Positions 1-12,159 of a stretch of 29,000 bases of DNA are shown piece by piece. Made by a program: the position numbers and the translations under genes. Source of the stretch: Eledone cirrhosa (lineage: Eukaryota). How positions within the stretch are numbered: the first letter of the stretch is position 1; each line of letters opens with the position of its first letter. Location: assembly GCA_964016885.1 (NCBI GenBank), contig CAXHJY010000617.1, positions 1-29,000 of the forward strand, in the 5' to 3' direction. Below the pieces are notes generated by a model that ran no database searches, was not told the DNA's origin, and saw nothing but the letters and a program-made list of their open reading frames with translations.

Positions 1-107
1 AATATCAAATTCTTAAACAAAACATGGATGTCTTCTATATACCTGGGATAAATGTAAAGAGTACTGTCTTTCATCTGCAGTACAATGGTGATATCTTATA
101 TTTACAT

Positions 108-170
108 TTACTTCTGCAATACTGTATATTGTAGTCTTTTCATTATTTTAAATATTTCTATCATGTCACT
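108..170 (-). mobile_element. Possible short remnant of CR1/L2-type LINE ORF2 C-terminal region
   Basis: The minus strand reads [13 protein letters not shown], resembling the (R)GDMIEVFKIMKG motif downstream of the RT domain in CR1-clade ORF2. The match is very short and abuts the microsatellite. Confidence 0.35.
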
Positions 171-1020
171 TGTTTGAAACGAGAGAGAGAGAGGGATGGA
201 GAGAGAGAGAGGGATGGATAGAGAGAGAGAGGGATGGAGAGAGAGAAAGAGGGGTGGATAGAGAGGGATGGATGGAGAGAGAGGGGTGGATGGAGAGAGA
301 GAGATGGATTGGGAGAGAGAGGGACGGATAGAGAGAGAGAGGGGGACGGAAGAGAGAGAGAGGGACGGATAGAGAGAGAGAGGGAGGGATGGATAGAGGC
401 ATGGATAGAGAGAGGGAGGGATGGATAGAGAGAGGGAGGGATGGATAGAGAGAGGGAGGGATGGATGGAGAGAGGGATGCATAGAGAGAGAGAGGGATGG
501 AATGGTGAGAGAGAGGGATGGATAGAGAGAGAGAGAGAGAGATGGATAGAGAGAGAGAGAGAGGGATGGATAGAGAGAGAGAGGGAGGGATTGGAGAGTG
601 AGAGGGATGGATGGAGAGAGAGAGAGGGATGGATGGAGAGAGAGAGAGGGATGGATGGAGAGAGAGAGTGGGATGGATAGAGAGAGAGGGATGGATTGGG
701 AGAGAGGGATGGATTGGGAGAGAGAGGGATTGATGGAGAGAGAGAGGGATGGATGGAGAGAGAGACGGATGGATGGAGAGAGAGACGGATGGATGGAGAG
801 AGAGGGAGGGATGGATGGAAGGAGAGTGAGAGAGGGAGGGATGGGAGGGATGGAAGGAGAGAGAGGGATGGGAGGGATGGAAGGAGAGAGAGGGATGTAT
901 GGAGAGAGAGGGATGGATGGAGAGAGGGATGGATGGAGAGAGAGAGAGAGGAATGGAAGGAGAGAGAGGAATGGATGGAAGGAGAGAGGGATGGATGGAG
1001 AGAGAGAGAGAGGGATGGAA
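171..1020. repeat. Compound (GA)n/GGAT purine-rich microsatellite
   Basis: About 850 bp of GAGAGAGAGGGATGGATGGA-type variable units, with almost no C on the + strand. It grades directly into the GAGATGAAAC(GA)n block at ~1021. Confidence 0.95.
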
Positions 1021-1037
1021 GGAGAGAGAGCGAGATG

Positions 1038-1073
<36 letters not shown>

Positions 1074-4000
1074 TGAAACCAGAAAGTGACAGCGAGATGA
1101 AATGAGAGAGAGAGAGAACGAGATGAAATGAGAGAGAGAGAGAGCGAGATGAAATGAGACATAGAGAGATGAAATGAGTGAGAGATGAAACGAGAGAGAG
1201 AGGAAACGAGAGTAGAGAGCAAGATGAAACAGGAGAGAGAGAGCGAGATGAAACAGGAGAGAGAGAGAGAGATGAAACGAGAGGGAGAGAGAGATGAAAC
1301 GAGAGAGCGAGAGAAAGATAGAGGGAGATGAAACGACAGAGAGAGAGACAGATGAAACGAGGGAGATAGAGATGAAACGAGAGAGAGAGATGAAACGAGA
1401 GAAAGGAAGAGAGAGATAGAACGAGAGAGAGGAAGAGAGAGATGAAACGAGAGAGAGGAAGACAGAGGTGAAACGAGAGAGAGAGAGAGCGAGATGAAAC
1501 GAGAGAGAGAGCGAGATGAAACGAGAGAGAGGAAGAGAGAGAGCGCGAGATGAAACTCTGTCATGGACATATCTGCCCCTGGGGCTAATAATTGTCATGT
1601 AATGTTATGGACATCTCTGCCCCTGTGGCTAATAATTCTGTCATGTAATGTTATGGACATCTCTGCCCCTGTGGCTAATAATTCTGTCATGTAATGTTAT
1701 GGACATCTCTGCCCCTGTGGCTAATAATTCTGACATGTAATGTTATGGACGTCTCTGCCCCTGTGGCTAATAAATCTGTCATGTAATGTTATAGACATCT
1801 CTGCCCCTGTGGCTAATAAATCTGTCATGTAATGTTATGGACATCTCTGCCCCTGTCGCTAATAATTCTGCCGTGAAATGTTATGGACATCTCTGCCCCT
1901 GTAGCTAATAATTCTGACATGTAATGTTATGGACATCTCTGCCCCTGTGGCTAATAAATTCGTCATGTAATGTTATGGACATCTCTGCCCCTGTGGCTAA
2001 TAAATCTGTCATGTAATGTTATGGACATCTCTGCCCCTGTGGCTAATAATTCTGACATGTAATGTTATGGACATCTCTGCCCCTGTGGCTAATAATTCTG
2101 AGAGAGATGAAACAAGTGAGGGATTAGAGAAAAATGAAACAAGTGAGGGATTAGAGTGTTGAAACAAGAGAGAGAGAGGAAGAGAGAGTGAGAGCGAAAT
2201 CAAATGAGAGAGAGAGAGAGAGAGCGAGATGAAATGAGAGAGTGAGAGCGAGATGAAACGAGAGAGAGAGAGCGAGATGAAATGAGAGAGAGAGAGCGAG
2301 ATGAAATGAGAGAGAGAGAGCGAGATGAAACGAGACAGAGAGAGCGGGATGAAACGAGAGAGAGAGAGCGAGAGCGAGATGAAACGAGACAGAGAGAGCG
2401 AGATGAAACGAGAGAGAGAGAGCGAGATGAAATGAGAGAGAGAGAGCGAGATGAAATGAGAGAGAGAGAGCGAGATGAAACGAGAGAGTGAGAGCGAGAT
2501 GGAACGAGAGAGAGAGGAAACGAGAGAGAGAGGAAACGAGAGAGAGGAAACGAGAGAGAGGAAACGAGAGTAGAGAGCGAGATGAAACAGGAGAGAGAGA
2601 GCGAGATGAAACAGGAGAGAGAGAGCGAGATGAAACGAGAGGGAGAGAGAGATGAAACGAGAGAGCGAGAGAGAGATAGAGGGAGATGAAACGACAGAGA
2701 GAGAGACAGATGAAACGAGGGAGATAGATCTGAAACGAGAGAGAGAGATGAAACGAGAGAGAGGAAGAGAGAGATGGAACGAGAGAGAGGAAGAGAGAGA
2801 TGAAACGAGAGAGAGAGAGAGCGAGATGAGACGAGAGAGAGAGAGAGCAAGATGAAACGAGAGAGAGGAAGAGAGAGAGTGCGAGATGAAACGAGAGAGA
2901 GAGAGCGAGATGAAACGAGAGGAAGAGAGAGAGCGCAAGATGAAACGAGAGAGAGCGCGAGATGAAAGTCTGTCATGTAATGTTATGGACATATCTGCAC
3001 TTGGGGCTAATAATTGTCACGTAATGTTATGGACATCTCTGCCCCTGTGGCTAATAATTCTGTCATGTAATGTTATGGACATCTCTGCCCCTGTGGCTAA
3101 TAATTATGTCATGTAATGTTATGGACATCTCTGCCCCTGTGGCTAATAATTCTGTCATGTAATGTTATGGACATCTCTGCCCCTGTGGCTAATAAATTCG
3201 TCATGTAATGTTATGGACATCTCTGCCCCTGTGGCTAATAATTCTGAGAGAGATGCAACAAGTGAGGGATTAGAGAGAGATGAAACAAGTGAGGGATTAG
3301 AGTGTTGAAACAAGAGAGAGAGAGGAAGAGAGAGTGAGAGCGAGATCAAACGAGAGAGAGAGAGCGAGATGAAATGAGAGACTGAGAGCAAGATGAAATG
3401 AGAGAGAGAGAGAGCGAGATGAAATGAGACAGAGAGAGCGGGATGAAACGAGACAGAGAGAGCGAGATGAAATGAGAGAGAGAGAGAGCGAGATGAAACG
3501 AAACAGAGAGAGCGAGATGAAACGAGAGAGAGAGAGCGAGATTAAATGAGAGAGAGAGAGCGAGATGAAACGAGAGAGTGAGAGCTAGATGAAACGAGAG
3601 AGAGAGGAAACGAGAGAGAGGAAACGAGAGAGAGGAAACGAGAGTAGAGAGCGAGATGAAACGAGAGAAAGAGAGAGCGAGATGAAACGAGAGAGAGGAA
3701 GAGAGAGAGCGCGAGATGAAACGAGAGAGAGAGAGCTCGAGATGAAAGTCTGTCATGTAATGTTATGGACATATCTGTCCTTAGGGCTAATAATTGTCAT
3801 GTAATGTTATGGACATCTCTGCCCCTGTGGCTAATAATTCTGTCATGTAATGTTATGGACATCTCTGCCCCTGTGGCTAATAATTATGTCATGTAATGTT
3901 ATGGACATCTCTGCCCCTGTGGCTAATAATTCTGTCATGTAATGTTATGGACATCTCTGCCCCTGTGGCTAATAATTCTGTCATGTAATGTTATAGACAT

Positions 4001-4345
4001 CTCTGCCCCTGTGGCTAATAATTCTGACATGTAATGTTATGGACATCTCTGCCCCTGTGGCTAATAATTCTGACATGTAATGTTATGGACATCTCTGCCC
4101 CTGTGGCTAATAATTCTGACATGTAATGTTATGGACATCTCTGCCCTGTGGCTAATAATTCTGACATGTAAAGTTATGGACATCTCTGCCCCTGTGGCTA
4201 ATAATTCTGTCATGTAATGTTATGGACATCTCTGACCCTGAGGCTATTAATTCTGACATGTAATGTTATGGACATCTCTGCCCCTGTGGCTAATGGTTCA
4301 GTCATGTAATGTTATGGACAACTCTGCCCCTGTGGCTAATAAATC
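1021..4345 (-). repeat. Composite satellite, reverse orientation (3 CT-blocks and 3 arrays of the 46-bp unit)
   Basis: GA-rich blocks at ~1021-1560, 2100-2970 and 3247-3750 alternate with arrays of CATGTAATGTTATGGACATCTCTGCCCCTGTGGCTAATAATTCTGT at ~1560-2100, 2970-3246 and 3750-4345 (about 12, 6 and 13 units). Confidence 0.97.
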
Positions 4346-7300
4346 AGAATTATTAGCCACAGGGGCAGAGATGTCCATAACATTACATGACTGAATTATT
4401 AGCCACAGTGGCAGAGATGTCCATAACATTACATGTCAGAATTATTAGCCACAGGGGCAGAGTTGTCCATAACATTACATGTCAGAATTATTAGCCACAG
4501 GGGCAGAGATGTCCATAACATTACATGACAATTATTAGCCACAGGGGCAGATATGTCAATAACATTACACGACAGAGTTTCATCTCGCGCTCTCTCTCGT
4601 TTCATCTTGCGCTCTCTCTCCCTCGTTTCATCTCGCTCTCTCTCTCGTTTCATCTCTGTCTTCCTCTCTCTCGTTCCATCTCTCTCTTCCTCTCTCTCGT
4701 TCCATCTCTCTCTTCCTCTCTCTCGTTTCATCTCTATCTCCCTTGTTTCATCTCTCTCTCGCTCTCTCGTTTCATCTCTCTCTCCCTCTCGTTTCATCTC
4801 GCTCTCTCTCTCCTGTTTCATCTCGCTCTCTACTCTCGTTTCCTCTCTCTCGTTTCCTCTCTCGCGTTTCCTCTCTCTCTCGTTTCCTCTCTGTCTCGTT
4901 TCATCTCGCTCTCTCTCTCTCTCTCGTTTCATCTCGCTCTCACTCTCTCGTTTCAACTCGCTTCTCTCACTCTCGCGTTTCATCTCGCTATCCCTGTCTC
5001 ATTTCATCTCGCTCTCACTCTCTCATTTCATCTCGCTCTCTCTCTCTCTCTTCCTCTCTCTCTCTTGTTTCAACACTCTAATCCCTCACTTGTTTTATCT
5101 CTCTCTAATCCCTCACTTGTTTCATCTCTCTCAGAATTATTAGCCACAGGGGCAGAGATGTCCATAATATTACATGTTATAATTATTAGCCACAGGGCAG
5201 AGATGTCCATAACATTACATGTCAGAATTATTAGCCACAGGGGCAGAGATGTCCATAACATTACATGTCAGATTTATTAGCCACAGGGGCAGAGATGTCC
5301 ATAACATTACATGACAGAATTATTAGCCACAGGGGCAGAGATGTCCATAACATTACATGACAGAATTATTAGCCACAGGGGCAGAGATGTCCATAACATT
5401 ACATGACAATTATTAGCCCCAAGGGCAGATATGTCCATAACATTACTTGACAGAGTTTCATCTCGCGCTCTCTCTCTTCCTCTCTCTCGTTTCATCTCGC
5501 TCTGTCTCGTTTCATATCTGTCTTCCTCTCTCTCGTTCCATCTCACTCTTCCTCTCTCTCGTTTCATCTCCATCTCTCTCTCTTGTTTCATCTCTATCTC
5601 TCTCTCTCGTTTCATCTCTATCTCCCTCGTTTCATCTGTCTCTCTCTCTGTCGTTTCATCCCCCTCTATCTCTCTGTCCCTCTCGTTTCATCTCGCTCTC
5701 TCTCTCCTGTTTCATCTCGCTCTCTCTCTCTCTCCTGTTTCATCTCGCTATCTACTCTCGTTTCCTCTCTCTCTCGTTTCATCTCTCTCTCGCTCCCGTT
5801 TCATCTCCATCTCGCTCCCGTTTCATCTCGCTCTCTCTCTCTCGTTTCATCTCGCTCACACTCTCTCGTTTCATCTCGCTCTCACTCTCTCGTTTCATCT
5901 CGCTCTCCCCGTCTCGTTTTATCTCGCTCTCACTCTCTCATTTCATCTCGCTCTCTCTCTCTCTTCCTCTCTCTCTCTAGTTTCAACACTCTAAACCCTC
6001 ACTTGTTTCATCTCTCTCAGAATTATTAGCCACAGGGGCAGAGATGACCATAACATTACATGTCAGAATTATTAGCCACAGGGGCATAGATGTCCATAAC
6101 ATTACATGTCAGAATTATTAGCCACAGGGGCAGAGATGTCCATAACATTACATGTCAGAATTATTAGCCACAGGGGCAGAGATGTCCATAACATTACATG
6201 TCAGAATTATTAGCCACAGGGGCAGAGATGTCCATAACATTACATGACAATTATTAGCACCAAGGGCAGATATGTCCATAACATTACATGACAGTGTTTC
6301 ATCTCGCGCTCTCTCTCTCTCTCGTTTCATCTCGCGCTCTCTCTTCCTCTCTCTCGTTTCATCTCGCTCTCTATCTCTCGTTTCATCTCACTCTCTCTCT
6401 CGTTTCATCTCTGTCTTCCTCTCTCTCATTCCATCTCTCTCTTCCTCTCTCTCGTTCCATCTCACTCTTCCTCTCTCTCGTTTCATCTCTATCTATCTCT
6501 CTCGTTTCATCTCTATCTCTCTCTCTCGTTTCATCTATCTCTCTCTCTGTCGTTTCATCTCCCTTTATCTCTCTCTCCCTCTCGTTTCATCTCGCTCTCT
6601 CTCTCCTGTTTCATCTCGCTTTCTCTCTCTCCTGTTTCATCTCGCTCTCTACTCTCGTTTCCTCTTTCTCTCGTTTCCTCTCTCTCTCGTTTCATCTCTC
6701 TCTCCCTCCCGTTTCATCTCGCTCTCTCTCTCTCGTTTCATCTCGCTCTCTCTCTGTCTCGTTTCATCTCGCTCTCTCTCTCTCATTTCATCTCGCTCTC
6801 TCTCTCTCATTTCATCTCGCTCTCTCTCTCTCGTTTCATCTCGCTCTCACTCTCTCGTTTCATCTCGCTCTCACTCTCTCGTTTCATCTCGCTCTCCCTG
6901 TCTCGTTTCATCTCGCTCTCACTCTCTCATTTCAGCTCGCTCTCTCTCTCTCTTGTTTCAACACTCTAATCCCTCACTTGTTTCATCTCTCTCAGAATTA
7001 TTAGCCACAGGGGCAGAGATGACCTTAACATTACATGTCAGAATTATTAGCCACAGGGGCAGAGATGTCCATAACATTACATGTCAGAATTATTAGCCAC
7101 AGGGGCAGAGATGTCCATAACATCACATGTCAGAATTATTAGCCACAGGGGCAGAGATGTCCATAACATTACATGTCAGAATTATTAGCCTCAGGGGCAG
7201 AGATGTCCATAACATTACATGACAGATTTATTAGCCACAGGGGCAGAGATGTCCATAACATTACATGTCAGAATTATTAGCCACAGGGGCAGAGATGTCC

Positions 7301-9352
7301 ATAACATTACATGTCAGAATTATTAGCCACAGGGGCAGAGATGTCCATAACATTACATGACAGATTTATTAGCCACAGGGGCAGAGATGTCCATAACATT
7401 ACATGACAGAATTATTAGCCACAGGGGCAGAGATGTCCATAACATTACATGAAAATTATTAGCCCCAAGGGCAGATATGTCCATAACATTACATGACAGA
7501 GTTTCATCTCGCGCTCTCTCTCTCTCGTTTCATCTCGCTCTCTTGTTTCATCTCGCTCTCTCTCGTTTCATCTCTGTCTTCCTCTCTCTCGTTCCATCTC
7601 TCTCTTCCTCTCTCTCGTTCCATCTCTCTCTTCTTCTCTCTCGTTTCATCTCGCGCTCTCTCTCTCTCGTTTCATCTCGCGCTCTCTCTCACTTGTTTCA
7701 TCTCGCTCTCTCTCTCTCTCGTTTCATCTCTGTCTTCCTCTCTCTCGTTCCATCTCTCTCTTCCTCTCTCTCGTTTCATCTCTCTCTCCCTCTCGTTTCA
7801 TCTCGCTCTCTCTCTCCTGTTTCATCTCGCTCTCTACTCTCTTTTCCTCTCTCTCGTTTCCTCTCTGTCTCGTTCCATCCCGCTCTCTCTCTCATTACAT
7901 CTCGCTCTCTCTGTCTCGTTTCATCTCGCTCTCTCTCTCTCTCTCGTTTCATCTCGCTCTCACTCTCTCGTTTCATCTCGCTTCTCTCACTCTCGCGTTT
8001 CATCTCGCTCTCCCTGTCTCATTTCATCTCGCTCTCTCTCTCTCTTCCTCTCTCTCTCTCTTGTTTCAACACTCTAATCCCTCACTTGTTTTATCTCTCT
8101 CTAATCCCTCACTTGTTTCATCTCTCTCAGAATTATTAGCCACAGGGGCAGAGATGTCCCTAACATTACATGTCAGAATTATTAGCCACAGGGCAGAGAT
8201 GTCCATAACATTACATGTCAGAATTATTAGCCACAGGGGCAGAGATGTCCATAACATTACATGTCAGAATTATTAGCCACAGGGGCAGAGATGTCCATAA
8301 CATTACATGACAGAATTATTAGCCACAGGGGCTGAGAGGTCAATATCATTACATGACAGAATTATTAGCCACAGGGGCAGAGATGTCCATAACATTACAT
8401 GACAATTATTAGCCCCAAGGGCAGATATGTCCATAACATTACATGACAGAGTTTCATCTCGCGCTCTCTCTCTCTCTCTCTCGTTTCATCTCGCGCTCTC
8501 TCTCTTCCTCTCTCTCGTTTCATCTCGCTCTGTCTCTCTCTCGTTTCATCTCGCTCTCTCTCGTTTCATCTCTGTCTTCCTCTCTCTCGTTCCATCTCGC
8601 TCGTTCCATCTCACTCTTCCTCTCTCTCGTTTCATCTCTCTCTCTCGTTTCATCTCTATCTCTCTCTCTCGTTTCATCTCTATCTCTATCTCTCGTTTCA
8701 TCTCTATCTCCCTCGTTTCATCTGTCTCTCTCTCTGTCGTTTCATCCCCCTCTATCTCTCTCTCCCTCTCGTTTCATCTCGCTCTCTCTCTCCTGTTTCA
8801 TCTCGCTCTCTCTCCTGTTTCATCTCGCTCTCTACTCTCGTTTCCTCTCTCTCTTGTTTCATCTCTCTCTCCCTCCCGTTTCATATCGCTCTCTCTCTCT
8901 CGTTTCATCTCGCTCACACTCTCTCGTTTCATCTCGCTCTCACTCTCTCGTTTCATCTCGCTCTCCCCGTCTCGTTTCATCTCGCTCTCACTCTCTCATT
9001 TCATCTCGCTCTCTCTCTCTTGTTTCAACACTCTAATCCCTCACTTGTTTCATCTCTCTCAGAATTATTAGCCGCAGGGGCAGAGATGACCATAACATTA
9101 CATGTCAGAATTATTAGCCACAGGGGCAGAAATGTCCATAACATTACATGTCAGAATTATTAGCCACAGGGGCAGAGATGTCCATAACATTACATGTCAG
9201 AATTATTCGCCACAGGGGCAGAGATGTCCATAACATTACATGACAATTATTAGCCCCAAGGGCAGATATGTCCATAACATTACATGACAGAGTTTCATCT
9301 CGCGCTCTCTCTCTTCCTCTCTCTCGTTTCATCTCGCTCTCTCTCTCTCTCG
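4346..9352 (+). repeat. Composite satellite, forward orientation (46-bp minisatellite arrays and CT-rich blocks)
   Basis: The 46-bp period is visible directly (ATGTCAGAAT at 7081 and 7127). CT blocks lie at ~4575-5132, 5453-6018, 6293-6993, 7498-8128 and 8448-9060, with a truncated one at 9289-9352. Each full block ends in the cap TTGTTTCAACACTCTAATCCCTCACTTGTTTCATCTCTCTC or a close variant. Confidence 0.97.
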
Positions 9353-9445
9353 ATATATGATATATGTATGTATGGTATAGGTGTATTTATATTTAGGATA
9401 GTTATCAAAGGTAAATAGACTGGTTGGAGTAATAACAGTCTTGTT

Positions 9446-9490
9446 TATGTATATATACACATATATACATATATATATATATATATATAT
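9446..9490. repeat. (TA)n microsatellite
   Basis: Run of TA dinucleotides with a few CA/TG interruptions. Confidence 0.85.
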
Positions 9491-9594
9491 GTTTGTTCTT
9501 GTATTTCTATAGAAAAGGTAAAGAACAGAAGAATGCTCTATGTATTGTACAGAGCTATTTAATTACATAATAAACAACAGAATATAATTATTCC

Positions 9595-11958
9595 ATGCAA
9601 ATAGACTTAGAATGGAAAACATTCAGACAGAGAAGAATGGATAATGAGCGGCATAAGAGAAATTGGCCAACAATTAATATTAATGGAAACGTAGAAGAAT
9701 TTCATATTAGTGATATGAATGTTTCGTGTGATCACTGTGGAGCTTTGAAATTTAGAAATGAAAATTGTAACTGTTGTAATAAAGGAAAGGTTGTGTTGCC
9801 TCCATTGCAAATATACCCCGAGAGACTGAGAAATCTCTTTGAAAGAGGCCAGGAAGCAGTTGATTTCACAGAAACATCTGCAATTAAAACTACATTTATT
9901 TCACTTCATTTGGTGTTACCACCCGGCAGAGGCCCGTATAGCTTTCATATTCAGGGTCAAACATATCACTACACCCCCACCTCTGTAACCTGCAGAAAAT
10001 ACACCACAATATGGCCAGTTATATATTATTGATGGGAACGAAGGTGTGTAGCACAGATTGGAAGTACGACCAAATAATTGTTTCTGGCACAAGGTCAGCA
10101 ATTACTGGTACTTTATTCTATCGACCTCATAAGGATGAAAACAAAGTCAACCTTGGAGGGATTTGAACCCAGAACGTAAAGGGCCATAACCCTATGCTGC
10201 AAAGCATGGTGTCTGACGCTCTACCGATACTGCCAATCCACCGCCCTAGTACCAACAAATAATGAGTGCTCACCACAAAAAATGGCTATGATAAGAGAGG
10301 TGTTGCATGAATGTAATCCATATGTCGAATTGTACAATACAATGCATGGCATCAAACAGCAAAGTGCAAGAAGAGAAAATTGTCGTGTACAGAACTGTGA
10401 ATTAAGATTTAGAAGAGGATCAGATATAAGCAGCTATAATTTACCAACTAGTAATGATAGCTGTTGTTTTGTGGGGGATTGAGGGCAGACCACCTGTACA
10501 AAGAGATATTATCATCTTTCCTAAAGACCATCCTCCTCAGAAAATATCACATAATTCATGCCACTTGGACCTCATGACCGACCTATAATGGTGAATTTTG
10601 GTGGCATAGTGACATGGAGAGGAATGCAGGACCTGTGTTTGCAATAGACTGACAATGCAGGAGTATTACATATACAGTATAGCATATAGAGGAGGATTTA
10701 GTGCGATATATAGGGCAGGTAAATTATTTTAGCAGTATTTAGTGGAAGCCTATATGAAAGTAGAGGGATGCAGGCTTCAATATTTGAGGAACAATCAAGC
10801 CCAATTGTGAGTGGATGAGTATAATGGTTTAATGAATTATCTAAACAGATGATAACACTGAGCCTTAAGAAATGAAGACAAGATAAGAAACAGAGAAGAC
10901 ATTGACAGAATCGTGTCAGCAGAAATACCTGCATTGGAAGATGATCAAGTACTACATGAGCAGGTTTAAAAGTTTATGATCCACGGGCCATGTGGTTCTG
11001 GAAACCCTTTTCCCCCATTTATACAAAATGGATTTTTCCAAAAGAACTATCCAAAAACCTACAGAAGGGAAACATTATTGAACCTAAATGGATACCCAGA
11101 GTACAGGAGGTGCAAGACAGGAACTGCAGTGTAAATTGGATGACATTCAGTAGATAACAGGAATGTTGTGCCATTTAATGCCTTTTTGCTTAAGAAATAT
11201 TGTGCACATATTAATGTTGAAGTTTGCGCTTCTGTAAAAAGTGTCAAGTACCTCTTTAAATATGTTACATGGGGCATGATTGTACATCTATAGAAGTAAC
11301 GAATAATGCATTACCTAATGAGGCTCAGAACCAACACAACCATGATGAAATAAGAACCTATCTTTGTTGCAGGTATGTGTCTCAGCCAGAAGCAGTGTCG
11401 TGTCTCTCGAAATTTAAGCTTCATGGTACATCACATACAGTATACAGCCTAGCCACACACCTGGAGAACAAACAGAGTTTACTTTCAAAGAGGCAATGCT
11501 CAGGTTGTGGTAGAAATGCAGGGACCCTTGCTGCCTGGTTCAAGCTAAATGAACTTGCTTACACCTTCTGGGATGCCGCCTCACAAACTCCAATTAAAAG
11601 CAGGATCAATAATAATGCTTCTATGGAATATTTCAATCCAGAACAGATTATGTAATGGCACAAGATTAGAAGTAGTAGAACTGCATAAACATTTTATCAA
11701 AGCTTCTCATATCTATGGTCCTTTGATGGGCAGGTGTGTTTTGATCCCAAGACTGAAGTTAGCCCCCAGTGGTGCCAACATCCTTTTTACTTTGGAAAGA
11801 CCCCAGTTTCCATTAAGACTGTCATATGCCATGACAATCAACAAGAACCATGGTCAAATACATGATAAAGTGGGTCTGTTCCTCCCTGAGCAAGTATTTA
11901 ACCCTGGACAATTGTATGTTGCTTTTTCAAGAGTTCACAGACAGATATAAAAATTAAT
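9595..11958 (+). pseudogene. Degenerate Helitron RepHel (rolling-circle Rep + Pif1-like helicase) with stops, frameshifts, two large internal deletions and a SINE insertion
   Basis: Colinear Helitron motifs across frames: CDHCGALKF..E...CCNKGKVVLP (N-terminal Cys cluster), GRGPYSFHIQGQTYH, QYGQLYIID, LHECNPYV, YNLPT, AGKLF*QYLVEAYMKVEGCRLQYLRNNQ, DIDRIVSAEIP, MIHGPCG, NGYPEYRR, VDNRNVVPFNAFLLKKYCAHINVEVCASVKSVKYLFKYV/GHD (Rep motif 3, two Tyr), DEIRTYL..RYVS.PEA, TLAAWFKLN. The helicase C-terminus follows: TPSGMPPHKLQLKAG..IMLL.N....LCNGTRL and QFPLRLSYAMTINK.HGQ...VGLFL...VF.PGQLYVAFSRV. Confidence 0.95.
10079..10247 (-). mobile_element. tRNA-derived SINE inserted in the Helitron ORF, 16-bp TSD
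   Basis: The minus strand starts AGGGCGGTGGATTGGCAGTATCGG (A box), has GGTTCAAATCC (B box), body TTCATCCTTATGAGGTCGATAGAATAAAGTACCAGT and tail GAAACAATTATT. Flanking direct repeats are AGTACGACCAAATAAT (10063-10078) and AGTACCAACAAATAAT (10248-10263). Confidence 0.92.
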
Positions 11959-12159
11959 CCTACCAACCCCCACCACTCCTACAACTGTTAGCCCACCCCC
12001 AGCACCACCCAACCTCCGTTCTAGTCCCACCGTTAGAACCAATGCTGCTTACCCTGCCTCTTTTACTAGTTCACTCCCTCGCTCGAATTTCAAAGCTGGC
12101 CCTCTACACTTTGTCGTTGCCAGCTCACCACCTGATTGTAATCAACGAACCATATTAAT

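Noticed and set aside
7090-7115. CTCF-like site in the 46-mer (GCCACAGGGGCAG)
   Set aside because: It is two bases shorter than the CCASYAGRKGGC core spacing, so the resemblance is not sufficient without a PWM scan or ChIP data.
4346-9352. CRISPR-like appearance (GTTTCA-starting repeats, regular 46-bp period)
   Set aside because: There are no unique spacers: 46-mers are directly adjacent and GTTTCA words are separated by (CT)n. No cas genes are present and the context is eukaryotic TE debris.
9490-9515. Splice-acceptor-like TTCTTGTATTTCTATAG upstream of the Helitron ORF
   Set aside because: It is plausible for an intron-containing Helitron, but such motifs are common in AT-rich DNA and no upstream exon can be identified.
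11549-11950. Cellular PIF1 helicase gene
   Set aside because: Only C-terminal motifs are present, colinear with upstream Helitron Rep motifs in a sequence full of stops and frameshifts. It is part of the Helitron pseudogene.
12015-12075. Helitron 3' terminus at CTAG-T (~12021 or ~12066)
   Set aside because: No convincing GC-rich hairpin lies 10-15 nt upstream of either CTAG, so the element ends cannot be defined.
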